Of a stretch of 64,000 bases of DNA, positions 1-11,916 are shown piece after piece. Origin of the DNA: Octopus sinensis. Its lineage: Eukaryota. Numbering within the stretch: the first letter of the stretch is position 1; each line of letters begins with the position of its first letter. The stretch lies in NCBI RefSeq assembly GCF_006345805.1, contig NC_043000.1, positions 124,806,001-124,870,000 of the forward strand, in the 5' to 3' direction. The notes under the pieces were generated by a model. That model made no database searches and was not told the DNA's origin. It saw nothing but the letters and a program-made list of their open reading frames with translations. A program made the translations under genes and the position numbers.

Positions 1-437
1 AGTGGAGAGCTAAGAGTACCATCTGAGCGAGATTGTTGCCAGAGCAGCTAACTGGCTACTGTGCCGGTAGCATGTAAAAAGCACCATTTGAGCGTGATTG
101 TTACCAGCATTGCCTTACTGGCACTTGTGCTGGTGGCAAGTGAAAAAATATTCGAGTGAGGTTATTGTCAGTGCCGCTGGACTGGCTCCTGTGCAGGTGG
201 TATGTAAAAAACACCATTTGAGCATGGGTGTGGCCAGTACTGCCTGACTGGCCCTTGTGCTGGTGGCACGTAAAATCACCCACTAAACTCTCGGAGTGGT
301 TGGCATTAGGAAGGGCATCCAGCTGTAGAAACTCTGCCAGATCAGATTGGAGTCTGGTGCAGCCATCTGGTTCACCAGTCCTCAGTTAAATAGTCCAACC
401 CATGCTAGCATGGAAAGCGGTCATTAAATGATGATGA
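1..437 (+). mobile_element. RTE-derived non-autonomous repeat (family S3), 3' part with internal ~60-bp tandem units and (GAT)n tail
   Basis: Contains GGTTGGCATTAGGAAGGGCATCCAGCTGTAG and ends CATGCTAGCATGGAAAGCGG..GATGATGAT. The same 3' end follows RT-coding sequence at 58541-59785. Confidence 0.8.
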
Positions 438-1069
438 TTTTGTGTATTGTAAAGTATAAGCAGTTTATTGCAGATAAATTTTAACAACAAAATCTTACAT
501 GGATCCTCTAGGATTACATGAACTCCCAGATGAGAAATGCTGCTCTGATGTGAAGAACATTTGTGCTTTGAAGAAAGTCAGCCATGCTCAGAGCTGAACA
601 ATTTTGTTCTAATCCAAATCTTTGGAATACTGCTTTAGTAATAAAGAAGCATTAGCTTATATACATATTAACTGAAATACCTAATGATGTAATTAATATT
701 AACAATGCTTGCAACATATCAATGCTTACAAGCTAATTTAATATGCAAAATAAATTGGATAATTAATTGCTATTTTTGTATGCAAAATAAATTGGGTAAT
801 TAATTGCTATTAACTCTTTTATAATTAAACTATTATATAAGATGTCTTGGTATTATATATACATATTATGTATATGTTGTACGGATTGAAATTTATATAT
901 ATGTAGGTAGATTGAGTTTTGGAGCAGGAATCTCTGGTTATTGAACTAATTGTATCTTTTGATGTGTTGATTATATCTTTAACCTGTTACTTGTTTTACT
1001 AAGTGGATTGTGGCCATGCTGGGGCACTGCCTTGAAAGGTTTTGTACTGGGGTACTCTTTATTCTTTTT

Positions 1070-1287
1070 TTACTCTTTTACTTGTTTCAGTCATTTGATT
1101 GTGGCCGTGCTGGAGCAGCACCTTTAGTCAAACAAATCAATCCCAGGACTTATTCTTTGTAAGCTTAGTACTTATTTTATCAGTCTCTTTTGCCGAACCG
1201 CTAAGTTACAGGGACGTAAACACACCAGCATTGGTTGTCAAGTGGGGGGACAAACACAGACACACAAACATATACACATACACATAC

Positions 1288-1376
<89 letters not shown>

Positions 1377-1552
1377 TATACATACATATATACAACGAGC
1401 TTCTTTCAGTTTCCATCATCCAAATCCACTCACAAGGCTTTGGTCGGCCTGAGGCTATAATAGAAGACACTTGCTCAAGGTGCCACACAGTGGGACTGAA
1501 CCCGGAACCATGTGTTTCGTAAGCAAGCTACTTACCACACAGTCACTCCTAC
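1070..1552 (-). mobile_element. tRNA-derived SINE family S1 with internal (TA)n/(CA)n tract
   Basis: Minus strand shows a tRNA-like head (GGTTCCGGGTTCAGTCCCA), a CCTTGAGCAAG box, an internal microsatellite and a GACTGAAACAAGTAAAAGAG tail. More than 12 copies in the window. Confidence 0.85.
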
Positions 1553-1961
1553 TAAACATTTTTAAAAGTCTGGTACTTGTTTTATTGTGAAGTGGTGATA
1601 GGGGGAAGATACAAACACAACACACACACATATTCACAGGCTTCTATGCAGTTTCTGCCCACCCAGAACTTACTAACAAAACATTGGTTAGCTCAGGGCT
1701 ATAGTAAAATACATTTGCCCGAGGAGCTGTGCAGTGGGACTGAACTTGAAGCCATATGGTTGCAAAGCAAGGTTCATAACCATTCAACCATGTCTGCACT
1801 TATATATAAACAGTATGTAACACAAGCATATTTAGTACATGTATAGATTAAAATATAGTCACAAATATGACTCGATTGGGTAATGGGAGCATGCGTCCGT
1901 GGTCATTCCAGAAATTGTATCCTTGGGTGTGTATATTATATATATTTCTTGTTATTAAATA

Positions 1962-2120
1962 CTTAATAGAATGTGCCACACCCTAGTGGTTGAGGGAACC
2001 TGTGGAAGAGGTAGACCCAGGAAGACCTGGGATGAGATGGTGAAGCATGACCTTCGAACATTAGGCCTCACTGAGGCAATGACTAGTGACCAAGACCTTT
2101 GGAAATATACTGTGCTTGAG
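1962..2120 (+). mobile_element. RTE LINE fragment (RT C-terminus)
   Basis: Encodes ..CHTLVVEGTCGRGRPRKTWDEMVKHDLRTLGLTEAMTSD..; matches 58820-58980. Confidence 0.8.
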
Positions 2121-2135
2121 AGAGAGAGAGAGATA

Positions 2136-2190
<55 letters not shown>

Positions 2191-4123
2191 GGGGAGAGAA
2201 AGAGAAAGAGGGGGGGTCCCACTGATGGATTCTAATGAAGTAGGCTGGTAATCTCTCCAAAAATTCTTATATCTCACCACAGTCAAAAGATTGTTTTTAT
2301 TGACATTTTCAAAGAAAGAAACCATTGTTAAGTGATATACGAAAGCAGGATTCTAGTTAATTTGGCTTGATGAAAACTATCGTGGTGGTCATTGAAAGAC
2401 TCAAGCTGATAAAGAAAGTGATTATTTAAGCTGTCTCCAATAACTTTAAGATAATATTGAAAGGTCTACAACAGGATGACATCACTGAAGTTTTACTTTC
2501 TCAGAGATGTGATACAATACCACAGGGCTGGGTTTCTGTGTTGCTGACTTAGGTTGTGTGAAAAATTAGCTGCTATAGGTAGATAGATCTGGGGAAGGAT
2601 TACATTTGCTGTTAGGGGTATTCAGTGGAGAATTTACTGACTTTAAATATCAGAGGATTCCAAGAAAAAAGGTTGTTGGATGGTAAGCAGAAGTGTGATC
2701 AGTTGCCTTGCTTAAGCCCTTTGGTCTCTCTGGAGTATAAACCATCAACAACTTTACTTCACTGTTCTTGACCCTGGGCTATCAAAGCCATTCTCTCAGT
2801 ATAGATGGAAGCTTCTCCTCTATGTATATGTTTCCCTGCAGGAAGGCTTTGTCGTGTTGGTTCTGAATTGTCCTCAATGCTTCTGTAACTTTGCTTTTTC
2901 TAGGTAAGGATGTTGGCCTTGTACAGACACATTTTTACATTAATCCGACATTTACCATTTGACCTGTCTAGCATGAGAGACTCTACCAGGAACTTGTGCT
3001 CCACTGGCGTAGCTCTCAGTGTCATTGGGGCACATAAACAATTACACCACGAGAAAGACTGGACCTTCTGGTTGCAGTTGTCTTGCAATTGTAGTAATTT
3101 GATAATCTATGCTCCAGCTACAATTGACACATGTCTTTTTCCCCCTTGTTCAGATATTTGTGATTCACTGATCTTCTTATCATGCATCTTGAATCCAATG
3201 TCTCATGTCCTGCATTAACCATTATGTCCAGTTCTTCCTCCCCAGAATGGCAACTATCTAGACCCCCTCCTCCCCTCCTATACTTGTCCTTCCTGCAGAT
3301 ATCAACTTGAAACAAATTTAAGCAGAAAGTTAAGGGCATCAATATCAGTCACATAGTGCCTGCAGATGTTATGGGCTCTGTCCCTTCTTTCAGATCTAGT
3401 TAATGTAAATAGATCCTATGGAGTGGGGACAAATACTATGATGTATCTGTCCCCGTGGTGAGTAAGAGTTGGACAAAGAAGCAATAAAGAGTTTCATAGA
3501 GTTGAATTCAAATTCTGCAAAGGTCAACTTTGCCTTTCATTCATTTGGGGGCAGATAAAATGAAATACCAGCCAAGCACTGGGGCTGATGTGATCGACTT
3601 ACCCCTACTCTGTGCCAAAATTTGCAGAATCAGTAGGTGAATTACAGACAGATATGGATTAATGATGAAAATGTTTAGTTTAATCAACAATCTTGATAAT
3701 AAATGCCTGAGATTTCTTTGGGTTATAATTATACAAAACTGTCTTCCTACATAAATTAAGACCTTCTATCATAATTTTATGTAAGAAGTTATGTTCCAAA
3801 CACCAGCTTAATAATAAAAATGTTTGCTATTTTTATTAAATCCGTCCATATTCCTGATTAATTTCAAAAATAATTGAAATACATAGGCAGTATATTTCAT
3901 AAGAAATATGATCGTGAAGGGATTAAGCTGATAAACATTTCAGATTTGGCACCTGCAAGAATGATGATTTCGATTGAGTTAAAGGTCCCCAGTGTAATAC
4001 GAAAGATAATTAAATGACATCTGTTCGTTAAGAAGTTCAGGTAGTACTAGTAGATGGATTGGAAGGATGAAGAAGAAAGACTTTGAAGTAGAATAAATGG
4101 AATTCTCTGTTTGTGATTTTCAG

Positions 4124-4185
4124 GTGAGAGAATGATGGGAGAATGGATTGCACATAATGAGTTCATATTTTGGGAAGAACTTGAA
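4124..4185 (+). CDS. candidate exon of unidentified host gene (GERMMGEWIAHNEFIFWEELE)
   Basis: Pyrimidine-rich acceptor TGTGATTTTCAG| at 4123, frame open to 4377, weak donor GAA|GTGTGT. CAG|GTGAGA at 4123 could instead be a donor, so this is ambiguous. Confidence 0.3.
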
Positions 4186-4939
4186 GTGTGTAACCTGGAC
4201 AGTAGCAAAAGGTTTAGTGATACAGAGTGGGAGGTTCCTCTCTTTGAAAAGAAAAGCATTAGAAGATTATTATTTAATGCTTTTGATACATTTCTGCAGA
4301 AATATGCAACCTGTCTTTCAATTACATTTGAAAATAATCATACCTTTGTCATTTCTAATCTAATGTTCAAAACTTAAATTAATATGAGACATTGATAGAA
4401 TATTTTAACTTTAATCATTTGGAAGCAAGAAGCTTGTGTCATTGAAGTAGCAGTGGTCTCAGGTGGATTGGTATCAAAGGTTAATAGGTAGTGACAGGTA
4501 GAGTTAAAATTTGACTTGTTCAGTCAATAGATTTTAATACATCATAGAAACTATAATAGCATTTGGAAGAATTATTTCCAAATGTGGAGAATTATATTAT
4601 TTCATCTGTTTATTTTGTTATTTGATTAGTGTATCAAATGAATTAATAGGGTTAATTCTCTTTCATTATCTATATTTCCATGTTGATATGCATTAAGTGG
4701 GTATGAAAGTTTAGAAATTTAAATTTAATTTTCAAACAGCTAGCCACTTTTCTGTGCTGAAAGCGCTTTTTCATAATCTGGGATTAATCTTGTGATGACA
4801 GCTAAGACATTTATTAAACAATTTAATTATGTTAGAACAAATCAAAAGAAATATGTTACTTCATTAAACAGGAAAAGCTAACGAAATACTTTGAAAAACA
4901 ATGTGAATTAAAATGTATGAAGAACTGATCTAGTTACAG

Positions 4940-5023
4940 GATTTTTCTAGTTGGAGGCAAGAAAGATTCTGTCATTTGATAGAGTCACTATCTCCCGGTC
5001 ATTCGTACAGAATCAATATAAAA
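4940..5023 (+). CDS. candidate exon (DFSSWRQERFCHLIESLSPGHSYRINIK), phase 0-0
   Basis: TTACAG| acceptor, 84 nt open frame, consensus donor AAA|GTAAGT at 5024. Confidence 0.5.
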
Positions 5024-5315
5024 GTAAGTTCCACCACATACTGTGCACACATACATAGGTTTATATAATATCCAACCAAACATTTGATATTTACATACCA
5101 GTTTTTCATGCACTCATACACTAACAATATTCACATAAAACTCAATACAATTCTACACTCTTGCATATATATATATAAATATATATATGTATACACTGTA
5201 TATACAGCTCATTATGCATATGCATAAAATACAAGCTAACACTTAGTTACATTCAACCACATTTTAACATATATAAACATTGTATTTCATATAAACAAAC
5301 ATAAATATGCATATA

Positions 5316-5411
<96 letters not shown>

Positions 5412-5720
5412 ATATATATAATATATATATACATATATATATATAAACATATACATATATATATATATATATACACACACAGAGAAGGAAAACAAAATGG
5501 CTTCTCATTTTCACATGTTCCTACATATACATAAACCACAGATGTACATTAAACATTGATTCCCACATAACTGCTTAAACATATAATAAACATATAATAA
5601 ACATGTATATACCTACATTGAAGCATTGATATTAGTAGAGAACAAAATTGAAAAAATTTTGTCAGCAAATATTTCCTATTGTATTTTTTTCTTTGTAAAA
5701 TGTCTGACTTTTTTGTTTAG

Positions 5721-5795
5721 GTGTGCCTGAAAGCACTTGAATTTGGAAAGACTGTTTTTGCATCATTGAATCAGTACAAATTAATCCTTGCTCAG
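5721..5795 (+). CDS. candidate exon (VCLKALEFGKTVFASLNQYKLILAQ), phase 0 start
   Basis: Strong acceptor TTTTTTGTTTAG|; only phase 0 stays open, compatible with the 4940-5023 exon; donor CAG|GTTTTC is weak. Confidence 0.45.
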
Positions 5796-5916
5796 GTTTT
5801 CATTAATCTTCTATTCTAGAATACATATGCCCAGTGGAAGTAAACAATCAAAACCAAATGAGGTATATATATATATATGTTTGTGTGTGTGTATGATGTA
5901 TGCATTTATATATATG

Positions 5917-5951
<35 letters not shown>

Positions 5952-6604
5952 TGCATAATATAATGTATAGGTATATATAAAGAGAGAGACAGAGAGAGGG
6001 AGAGAGGGAGATACGTGTGTGTGTACGTGTATGTGTTGTGTGTGTGTGTGTGCGTGTGTGTGTGTGTGTGTGTGCACATATGCGTAAGACAGTATGATGA
6101 CCCGTTTAGAAGAATTGTCATTCCAAAATAATTCCATGATTCAAGGTAGAGAAGGATTTGTATCTGGGAAGCCAACCTCTGTATTATCATTCTGTTTGGT
6201 CTGTTCCATCAGAATGCTTGAGGGCAAGGCAAGAAGTGCATCCAGCCATAAAATGTATGTTAAATGAAACATTTCAAACAGTTATTTATACATCATAACT
6301 TACTGACCATCATTGGTAACCTCTCTGGGTCAAGGATGATTATTCACCAGATTTATCTTCAATGGGCTTACAGGCCAGTGTGGCTATATGTGGCCCCATG
6401 TGACTATATATAGGCTACCTGTAGCCATACATGGCTACATATAGGACAGTGTGGGACCCATGTCACAAACAGGCAATTTTGAGTTCTGTGAGAGAAGAGA
6501 CTCTGTTTCTGGTTGTTTTATACTGCTTTCTTTGTTCATGTTTATCATTTGGATGTTCAATCTGTGATATATTGAAGTTTTAAGTTCCATTAATAAGGGT
6601 AAAG

Positions 6605-6920
6605 GCCCCCTTCGGTCAAGAATGACTATGAGATTGCACCTAGAAAGTTACCCTCTGAGGCACAATTCTGGGTTTATGGAAGATCGGCAGTCACCCATGC
6701 ATACCAGCCTCCCTTCTCCATGCCACCAGTGTTATCCAAGGGAAAGGCAAAGGGCGATACGACTTGGCATCAGTAATGTTGCAAATCATTTCTACAGTTG
6801 AGTGAACTGGAGCAAGGTGAAATAAAGTGTCTTGCTCAAGAACACAACATGCAGCCCAGCCTAGGAATTGAACTCACTACCTCATGATTGTGAATCCAAT
6901 GCTCTAACCACTGAGCCATA
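6605..6920 (-). mobile_element. tRNA-derived CORE-like SINE (family S4)
   Basis: Minus strand starts TGGCTCAGTGGTTAGAGC (A box) with a B-box-like segment and CTTGAGCAAGACACT box; homologous to 29785-30129, 47795-48130 and 59975-60310. Confidence 0.8.
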
Positions 6921-7069
6921 GGTAATATATCTGTTCTTGCATTGGCCATTCATCAAATCCTTCCCACCTGTATGCATAAATGCTACACCTGATCAAATTT
7001 CTTTTTATCATCTCCTTGAATTGTTTCCTTTGTCTTACTCGCACTGTCCTTCATTCAGCTATGAGTAAA

Positions 7070-7472
7070 CCTATTTCTTACTACCCACAAGGGGCTAAAC
7101 ACAGAGAGGATAAACAGATTTAGTCGATTATTTCGAACCCAGTGCATAACTGGTACTTATTTAATCGACCCCGAAAGGATGAAAGGCAAAGTCGACCTCG
7201 GCAGAATTTGAACTCAGAACGTAGCGGCAGACGAAATACCTATTTCTTTATTAACCACAAGGGGCTAAACACAGAGGGGACAAACAAGGACAGACATAGG
7301 TATTAAGTCGATTACATCGACCCCAGTGCGTAACTGGTACTTATTTAATCGACCCCGAAAGGATGAAAGGCAAAGTCGACCTTGGCAGAATTTGAACTCA
7401 GAACGTAGCGGCAGACGAAATACCACTACGCATTTCACCCGGTGTGCTAACGTTTCTGCCAGCTCGCCGCCT
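7070..7472 (-). mobile_element. tRNA-derived SINE family S2, head plus two 184-bp body units
   Basis: Head GGCGGCGAGCTGGCAGAAACG, B box GAGTTCAAATTC, central GTCGACTTTGCCTTTCATCCTTTCGGGGTCGAT (recalled as Deu/Nin-domain-like). Unit junction at 7239. Confidence 0.85.
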
Positions 7473-7629
7473 GGATAGCAACTAGCATGGTCAGCCTATT
7501 AAAATTGGCATTGAGGGATCACAGTTTTAAAAAAAAAAAAAGCAAAAATGCTGGAGAAATGTCAGTATGGGTGAGCATGCTGACATTCTGGTACCTTTTC
7601 TACCACTGAATGTGTCTGATTTTTCTCAG

Positions 7630-7739
7630 ATATTTCTGGTAGAGTATTTCCTGCTTATGGAATATCACCCATGACTTGTCCAGTTTACTTACTTACTGCT
7701 AACATGGGCAATGATGTTGCTTCATTCTTCAGTCTGAAT
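7630..7739 (+). CDS. candidate exon (xISGRVFPAYGISPMTCPVYLLTANMGNDVASFFSLN), phase 1-0
   Basis: Acceptor TTTTTCTCAG|, 110 nt open frame, donor AAT|GTAAGG, non-repetitive protein-like composition. Confidence 0.6.
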
Positions 7740-7842
7740 GTAAGGCACATAATGCTTGCTTTGCTACTTGTAAGTTGTCTTATAAACAACAGCATCATTC
7801 TCTTCGTTATCAACTGGTCTTTCTCAGACTATGATATATATA

Positions 7843-8330
7843 TATATATAGAGAGAGAGAGAGGGAGAAAGGGGGAGGGGTGGGAGAGGGGTAGGGATAA
7901 GGGGGAGAGGGAAAGAAGGAAGGTGAGGGAAAGAGAGAGGGAGAGAGGAAATGCGAGAGAGAAAGAAAGAGAGAGGGAGAAAGATGGAGGGGTGGGAGAA
8001 AGGAGGGATAAGGGGAGAGGGAGAGAGAATGAAGGTGAGGGAAAGAGAGAGAAAGAGAGAGAAAGATGGAGGGATGGGAGAGAGAGGGAGAGAGAGGAGA
8101 GAGGGGGGTAGAGAAGAATGAAGGAGAGAGGGAAAGAGGGGAGAGAGGGTGAGAGAGAAAGTGAGAGGCAGAGAACTGGAAGAATGGGAGAGAGGGGTGA
8201 CAAGGTAGCAGGGGCAGAATGAAGGAGAGGGTGAAAGAGGGAGAGAGAGGGTGAAAGAGGGAGAAGGAGCGAGAGGAAGGGAAAGAGAGAGAGAGAGGGG
8301 AAAGACAGAGAGAGCAAGAGATGCTAGGGA
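7843..8330. repeat. (GA)n / purine-rich low-complexity tract
   Basis: Near-pure purine strand; explains several ORF-track entries. Confidence 0.9.
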
Positions 8331-8716
8331 GATATGTGCATCTGGGTGAATGTATGAATGTGTGCATATGTACGTGCATGCATGCATGCACACGTGTGTT
8401 CATGTGTGTGTGTTTGAGAAAGAACAGTGCAGAGGAGAGCCAGATATATGCGAAGATGTAAGATGTAAATTCATTTATATAATTACTCTTTTGCTTTTTT
8501 ACTTGTTTCAATAATTTGATTATGGCCATGCTGGAGCATTACCTTTAGTTGAACAAATCGGCCACTAGGACTTATTCTTTGTAAACCTGGTACTTATACT
8601 ATCAGTCTCTTTTGCCGACCCACTAAGTTACAGAGACAGTGTCAAGCGATATTGGAGGGACAAACACAGACACACACTCACACACAAATACCCCCACCAT
8701 ATATACTATATATTAC

Positions 8717-8778
<62 letters not shown>

Positions 8779-8798
8779 ATATATATATATATATATAT

Positions 8799-8885
<87 letters not shown>

Positions 8886-8993
8886 ATGATCCAAAGATGA
8901 AAACACAAAGAGAAAACACAACAACGCAAGGACGTGGAACAAGTATAGTATTATTGGATGCTCAGGAAAGAAGGAAAGAAGGAAAGAAGGAGG

Positions 8994-9030
8994 GTTTAAT
9001 GTTTTGATCGGAGCTCTTCGTCATAAACAT
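8994..9030 (-). ncRNA. degenerate minimal hammerhead ribozyme, family A copy 1
   Basis: Minus strand GTTT-ATGACGA-A-GAGC TCC GATC-AAAAC-ATT-AAAC versus family consensus GTTT-CTGACGA-A-GAGC TCC GCTC-GAAAC-GTT-AAAC. Confidence 0.6.
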
Positions 9031-9232
9031 AGGAAAAAGAAAGATCCAAAGAAGGGAAGATGGAGGAAAAAAATCGCCAACGGTACACACACAGTTACAT
9101 TTTGAATATATTTGAATATATATATATATAAAGTTAATCCAAACATGAAAACACAAAGAGAAAACAACAATGTGAGGAGGTGGAACAAGTATAGTGTTAT
9201 TGGATGCTCAGGAAAAGAAGGAAAGAAGGAGG

Positions 9233-9269
9233 ATTTAACATTTCGAGCGGATCTCTTTGTCAGAAACAT
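9233..9269 (-). ncRNA. degenerate minimal hammerhead ribozyme, family A copy 2
   Basis: Minus strand GTTT-CTGACAA-A-GAGA TCC GCTC-GAAAT-GTT-AAAT. Confidence 0.65.
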
Positions 9270-9628
9270 AGGAGAAGGAAAGATCCAAGGAAGGAAAGAT
9301 GGAGGAAAAAAATAGCCAACGATACACACGCAGTCTGGGCTTCTCCCAGTTTCTGTCTACCAAATACTCTCACAAGGCTTTGGTCAGCCTAAGGCTATAG
9401 TAGAAGACACTTGCCCAAGGTGCCATGCAGTGGGACTGAACCTAGAGCCATGTGGTTGAGAAGCAATCTTCTTACCACATGGCCACACAAACACACCAAC
9501 ACCGATTGTCAAGCAGTGGTGGCGGTGATGGTGGTGGTGATGGTGGTAGGGACAAACAGAGATACACAGGCACACAGATACATACATATATACATACATA
9601 TATGTATACATATATGAATGTATATATA

Positions 9629-9691
<63 letters not shown>

Positions 9692-9692
9692 C

Positions 9693-10736
9693 AAAGGTAT
9701 AGAGAAACTTGAGGAATTTAAAATACTACTAAATGGAATAAATGATAATATACAATTCACGATGGATCACAACGAAAAAGAATTACCATTTTTAGACATC
9801 CTCATTAAGAAAACCGGCAAAAAAATAGAGACAGATATCTACTATAAACCGACAGACTCCAAACAATACCTACCCTTTGATTCATGCCACCCACGACACA
9901 CAAGAATAAATGTCCCTTTTTGTTTAGCTAGAAGGATCTGCACCATAATATCAGACACAAACACCCGACACACACGTCTCCAGGAACTTAGAACCACACT
10001 CACAAATAGAAACTATCCACAGCCCCTAATAGACAGTGCAATCCAAAGGGCACTCAAATTAAGTGTAGAAGACCTGAGACAAACCAAACCAAAAAAGAAA
10101 GAACAATTAAAAACCCTTCCCTACATCTCTACACACAACCCACTCAACAATGAGGCCTTCAGCACCATACTACAAAGCACAGCCCTACTAAAGGGAGACC
10201 CAAAGATGAACCGGATCCTCGAAACACACACCATCATTAAAAGTAAACGGCAACCAAAATCCTTGAAAAGGATTTTAACCCAAGCTAAACTGCACTCAAC
10301 ATCAACCACAAAACCAGCAGTTAGAAAATGTGGAAGGCCCAACTGCGGAATCTGTGTCATCTTGATAGAAGGTTCAGAATTTATACTAGAACAAGGCCAC
10401 CAGTTCACCATTAGAGCAAACTTCACCTGCGCATCAGAAAACTTAATTTACGTCATAACACGCGCAGGCTGCAATAGTCAGTATATAGGCCATACAAAAA
10501 ATAGCTTACATAACAGGATGGCGGTGCATAAATCACAAATTAGAAACCCTGAATACCGGAAAATACCGGTCAGCGGACACATAGATAGATGTGCTGGAAA
10601 TGTAAATCCGAAATTTACAACTTACCCGCTTTATAAATTCAGTGACAACGCAACCTTCACGCAACGCCAAAATAAAGAACTGTATTTCATCAAAAAATTT
10701 AGACCAAGTTTAAACACCCTAGGCCAGGAATATTAA
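9693..10736 (+). CDS. PLE reverse transcriptase C-terminal/thumb region + GIY-YIG endonuclease (5'-truncated ORF)
   Basis: Frame open from 9693. Motifs: NIQFTMD..LPFLDI, TDIYYKPTDSKQYL..SCHP, LARRIC..SD, NYP; linker CGRPNCGIC; GIY-YIG NLIYVIT..YIGHT..R..H; C-terminal KELYFIKKF.P.LN. The YxDD motif lies upstream of the truncation. Confidence 0.92.
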   Translation, partial: KGIEKLEEFKILLNGINDNIQFTMDHNEKELPFLDILIKKTGKKIETDIYYKPTDSKQYLPFDSCHPRHTRINVPFCLARRICTIISDTNTRHTRLQELRTTLTNRNYPQPLIDSAIQRALKLSVEDLRQTKPKKKEQLKTLPYISTHNPLNNEAFSTILQSTALLKGDPKMNRILETHTIIKSKRQPKSLKRILTQAKLHSTSTTKPAVRKCGRPNCGICVILIEGSEFILEQGHQFTIRANFTCASENLIYVITRAGCNSQYIGHTKNSLHNRMAVHKSQIRNPEYRKIPVSGHIDRCAGNVNPKFTTYPLYKFSDNATFTQRQNKELYFIKKFRPSLNTLGQEY

Positions 10737-10919
10737 AACAAAAGATTGGTCCTCCGAAAAGGAGAAGCAAAATTCCACCACGGCCGCTACCTTAAACAGT
10801 CACTCACACTGACGGAAATATACCTTAGGGAAAAAAGGAAAAACATTTATAAAAAGATCTCTTCGAACAGATCTAACCCTGATGGACTGGCCACATACGA
10901 TACAGCTAAGGGTCAGACC

Positions 10920-11433
10920 CGATTCTGATTGGTCAACACGTTGATGACGCCTCGTTCTGCTAGACTGGACAGGATACAAACAAGGGGCAGATCTAATACA
11001 GCTATAGGCCGGGAATGGTCAGAATATTGATGACGTCCCGTTCTACTCAACTGGTCACCTGGCAGGGTGCAGACAGGGGCAGATCTAATACAGCTAGAGG
11101 TCGGGATTGGTCAGAATATTGATGACGTCCCGTTCTGCTTGACTAAGCCACCTAACGAAACGATTGGTCAAGGAGCAGATCTAATACAGCTATAGGTCGG
11201 GATTGGTCAGAATATTGATGACATCCCATTCTGCTTGACTAAGCCACCTAACGAAACGATTGGTCAAAACAGGATACAGACAAGGGGCAGATCTAATACA
11301 GCTATAGGTCGGGATTGGTCGGAATATTGATGACGTCCCGTTCTGCTTGACTAAGCCACCTAAAGAAACGATTGGTCAAAACGTTGATGACGTCACGTTA
11401 CGCTGGACTGGCCACCTAACAGGTGATATAAAA
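10920..11433 (+). promoter_or_regulatory. tandem enhancer/promoter-like array in PLE pseudo-LTR: four 92-112 bp units with ATTGG (CCAAT) and TGACGTC (CRE) motifs, then TATAAAA
   Basis: Units start CAGATCTAATACAGCTA at 10988, 11080, 11176, 11288. Seven ATTGG; TGACGTC at 11031, 11123, 11331; perfect TGACGTCA at 11388; TATAAAA at 11427. Confidence 0.6.
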
Positions 11434-11761
11434 CCCAAACAATTCACAAGGTTCGCCAGAACGATCCAACGAATACCGACCAAAAGTCATCACAGTTCCT
11501 CAAGGTAAAATCTAAAATGAATTCCTCGCTCTTTCAGGAACACCAATTTTTTATATTGACTGCATATCACCACTTTGATCTATTTTTTATATTGAATGCA
11601 TATCACCACTATGAGCCACTACATCATACTCTCTAAACATATAGCATGAACGAACTCACTTCACGATATATGAACTTTTGATGTCTGACTCTATTGTATA
11701 TTATAAATGAATTTTTTTATATTTGATAGCATGAACTATCTTTTTTTATATATAACTTTTT

Positions 11762-11810
11762 TTGATAAGGTTCTCAAGAACCGAAACATGTTATAATGTA
11801 TATATAAAAA
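11762..11810 (+). ncRNA. degenerate hammerhead ribozyme (family D) in PLE 3' region
   Basis: TTGATAA-GGTTC TCAA GAACC-GAAAC-ATGTT: perfect stem II, GAAAC and palindromic AACATGTT, but the CUGANGA core is damaged. Confidence 0.55.
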
Positions 11811-11916
11811 TTAAAAATTTGTGTACTATAGCAGCATTTTCGAACTTCATTTTTTACAAATATATACCCACTCGTATACGAGCTAATCTCATTATAAATA
11901 TATATATATATATATA

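Larger units (their letters stand above)
8483..9490 (-). mobile_element. S1 SINE whose internal microsatellite contains two family-A hammerhead elements
   Basis: S1 3' half at 8483-8680, (CTAT)n/(TA)n/(CA)n, inserts at 8885-9105 and 9133-9330, S1 5' half at 9335-9488. Confidence 0.75.
9691..11897 (+). mobile_element. 5'-truncated Penelope-like retroelement (Neptune-like, Cys-rich linker) inserted in (TA)n
   Basis: Uninterrupted ORF to 10736, about 1.16 kb of 3' pseudo-LTR/UTR, (TA)n on both sides (9600-9690 and 11898-11916). Confidence 0.9.

Noticed and set aside
7671-8529. Long ORFs on both strands
   Set aside because: Products of the GA-rich tract; only 7630-7739 looks like a real exon.
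11119-11380. TTGATGA..GAAAC GATTG GTC in the PLE tandem units as hammerheads
   Set aside because: No stem II adjacent to the core and no stem I pairing; the motifs are better explained as CRE and CCAAT sites.
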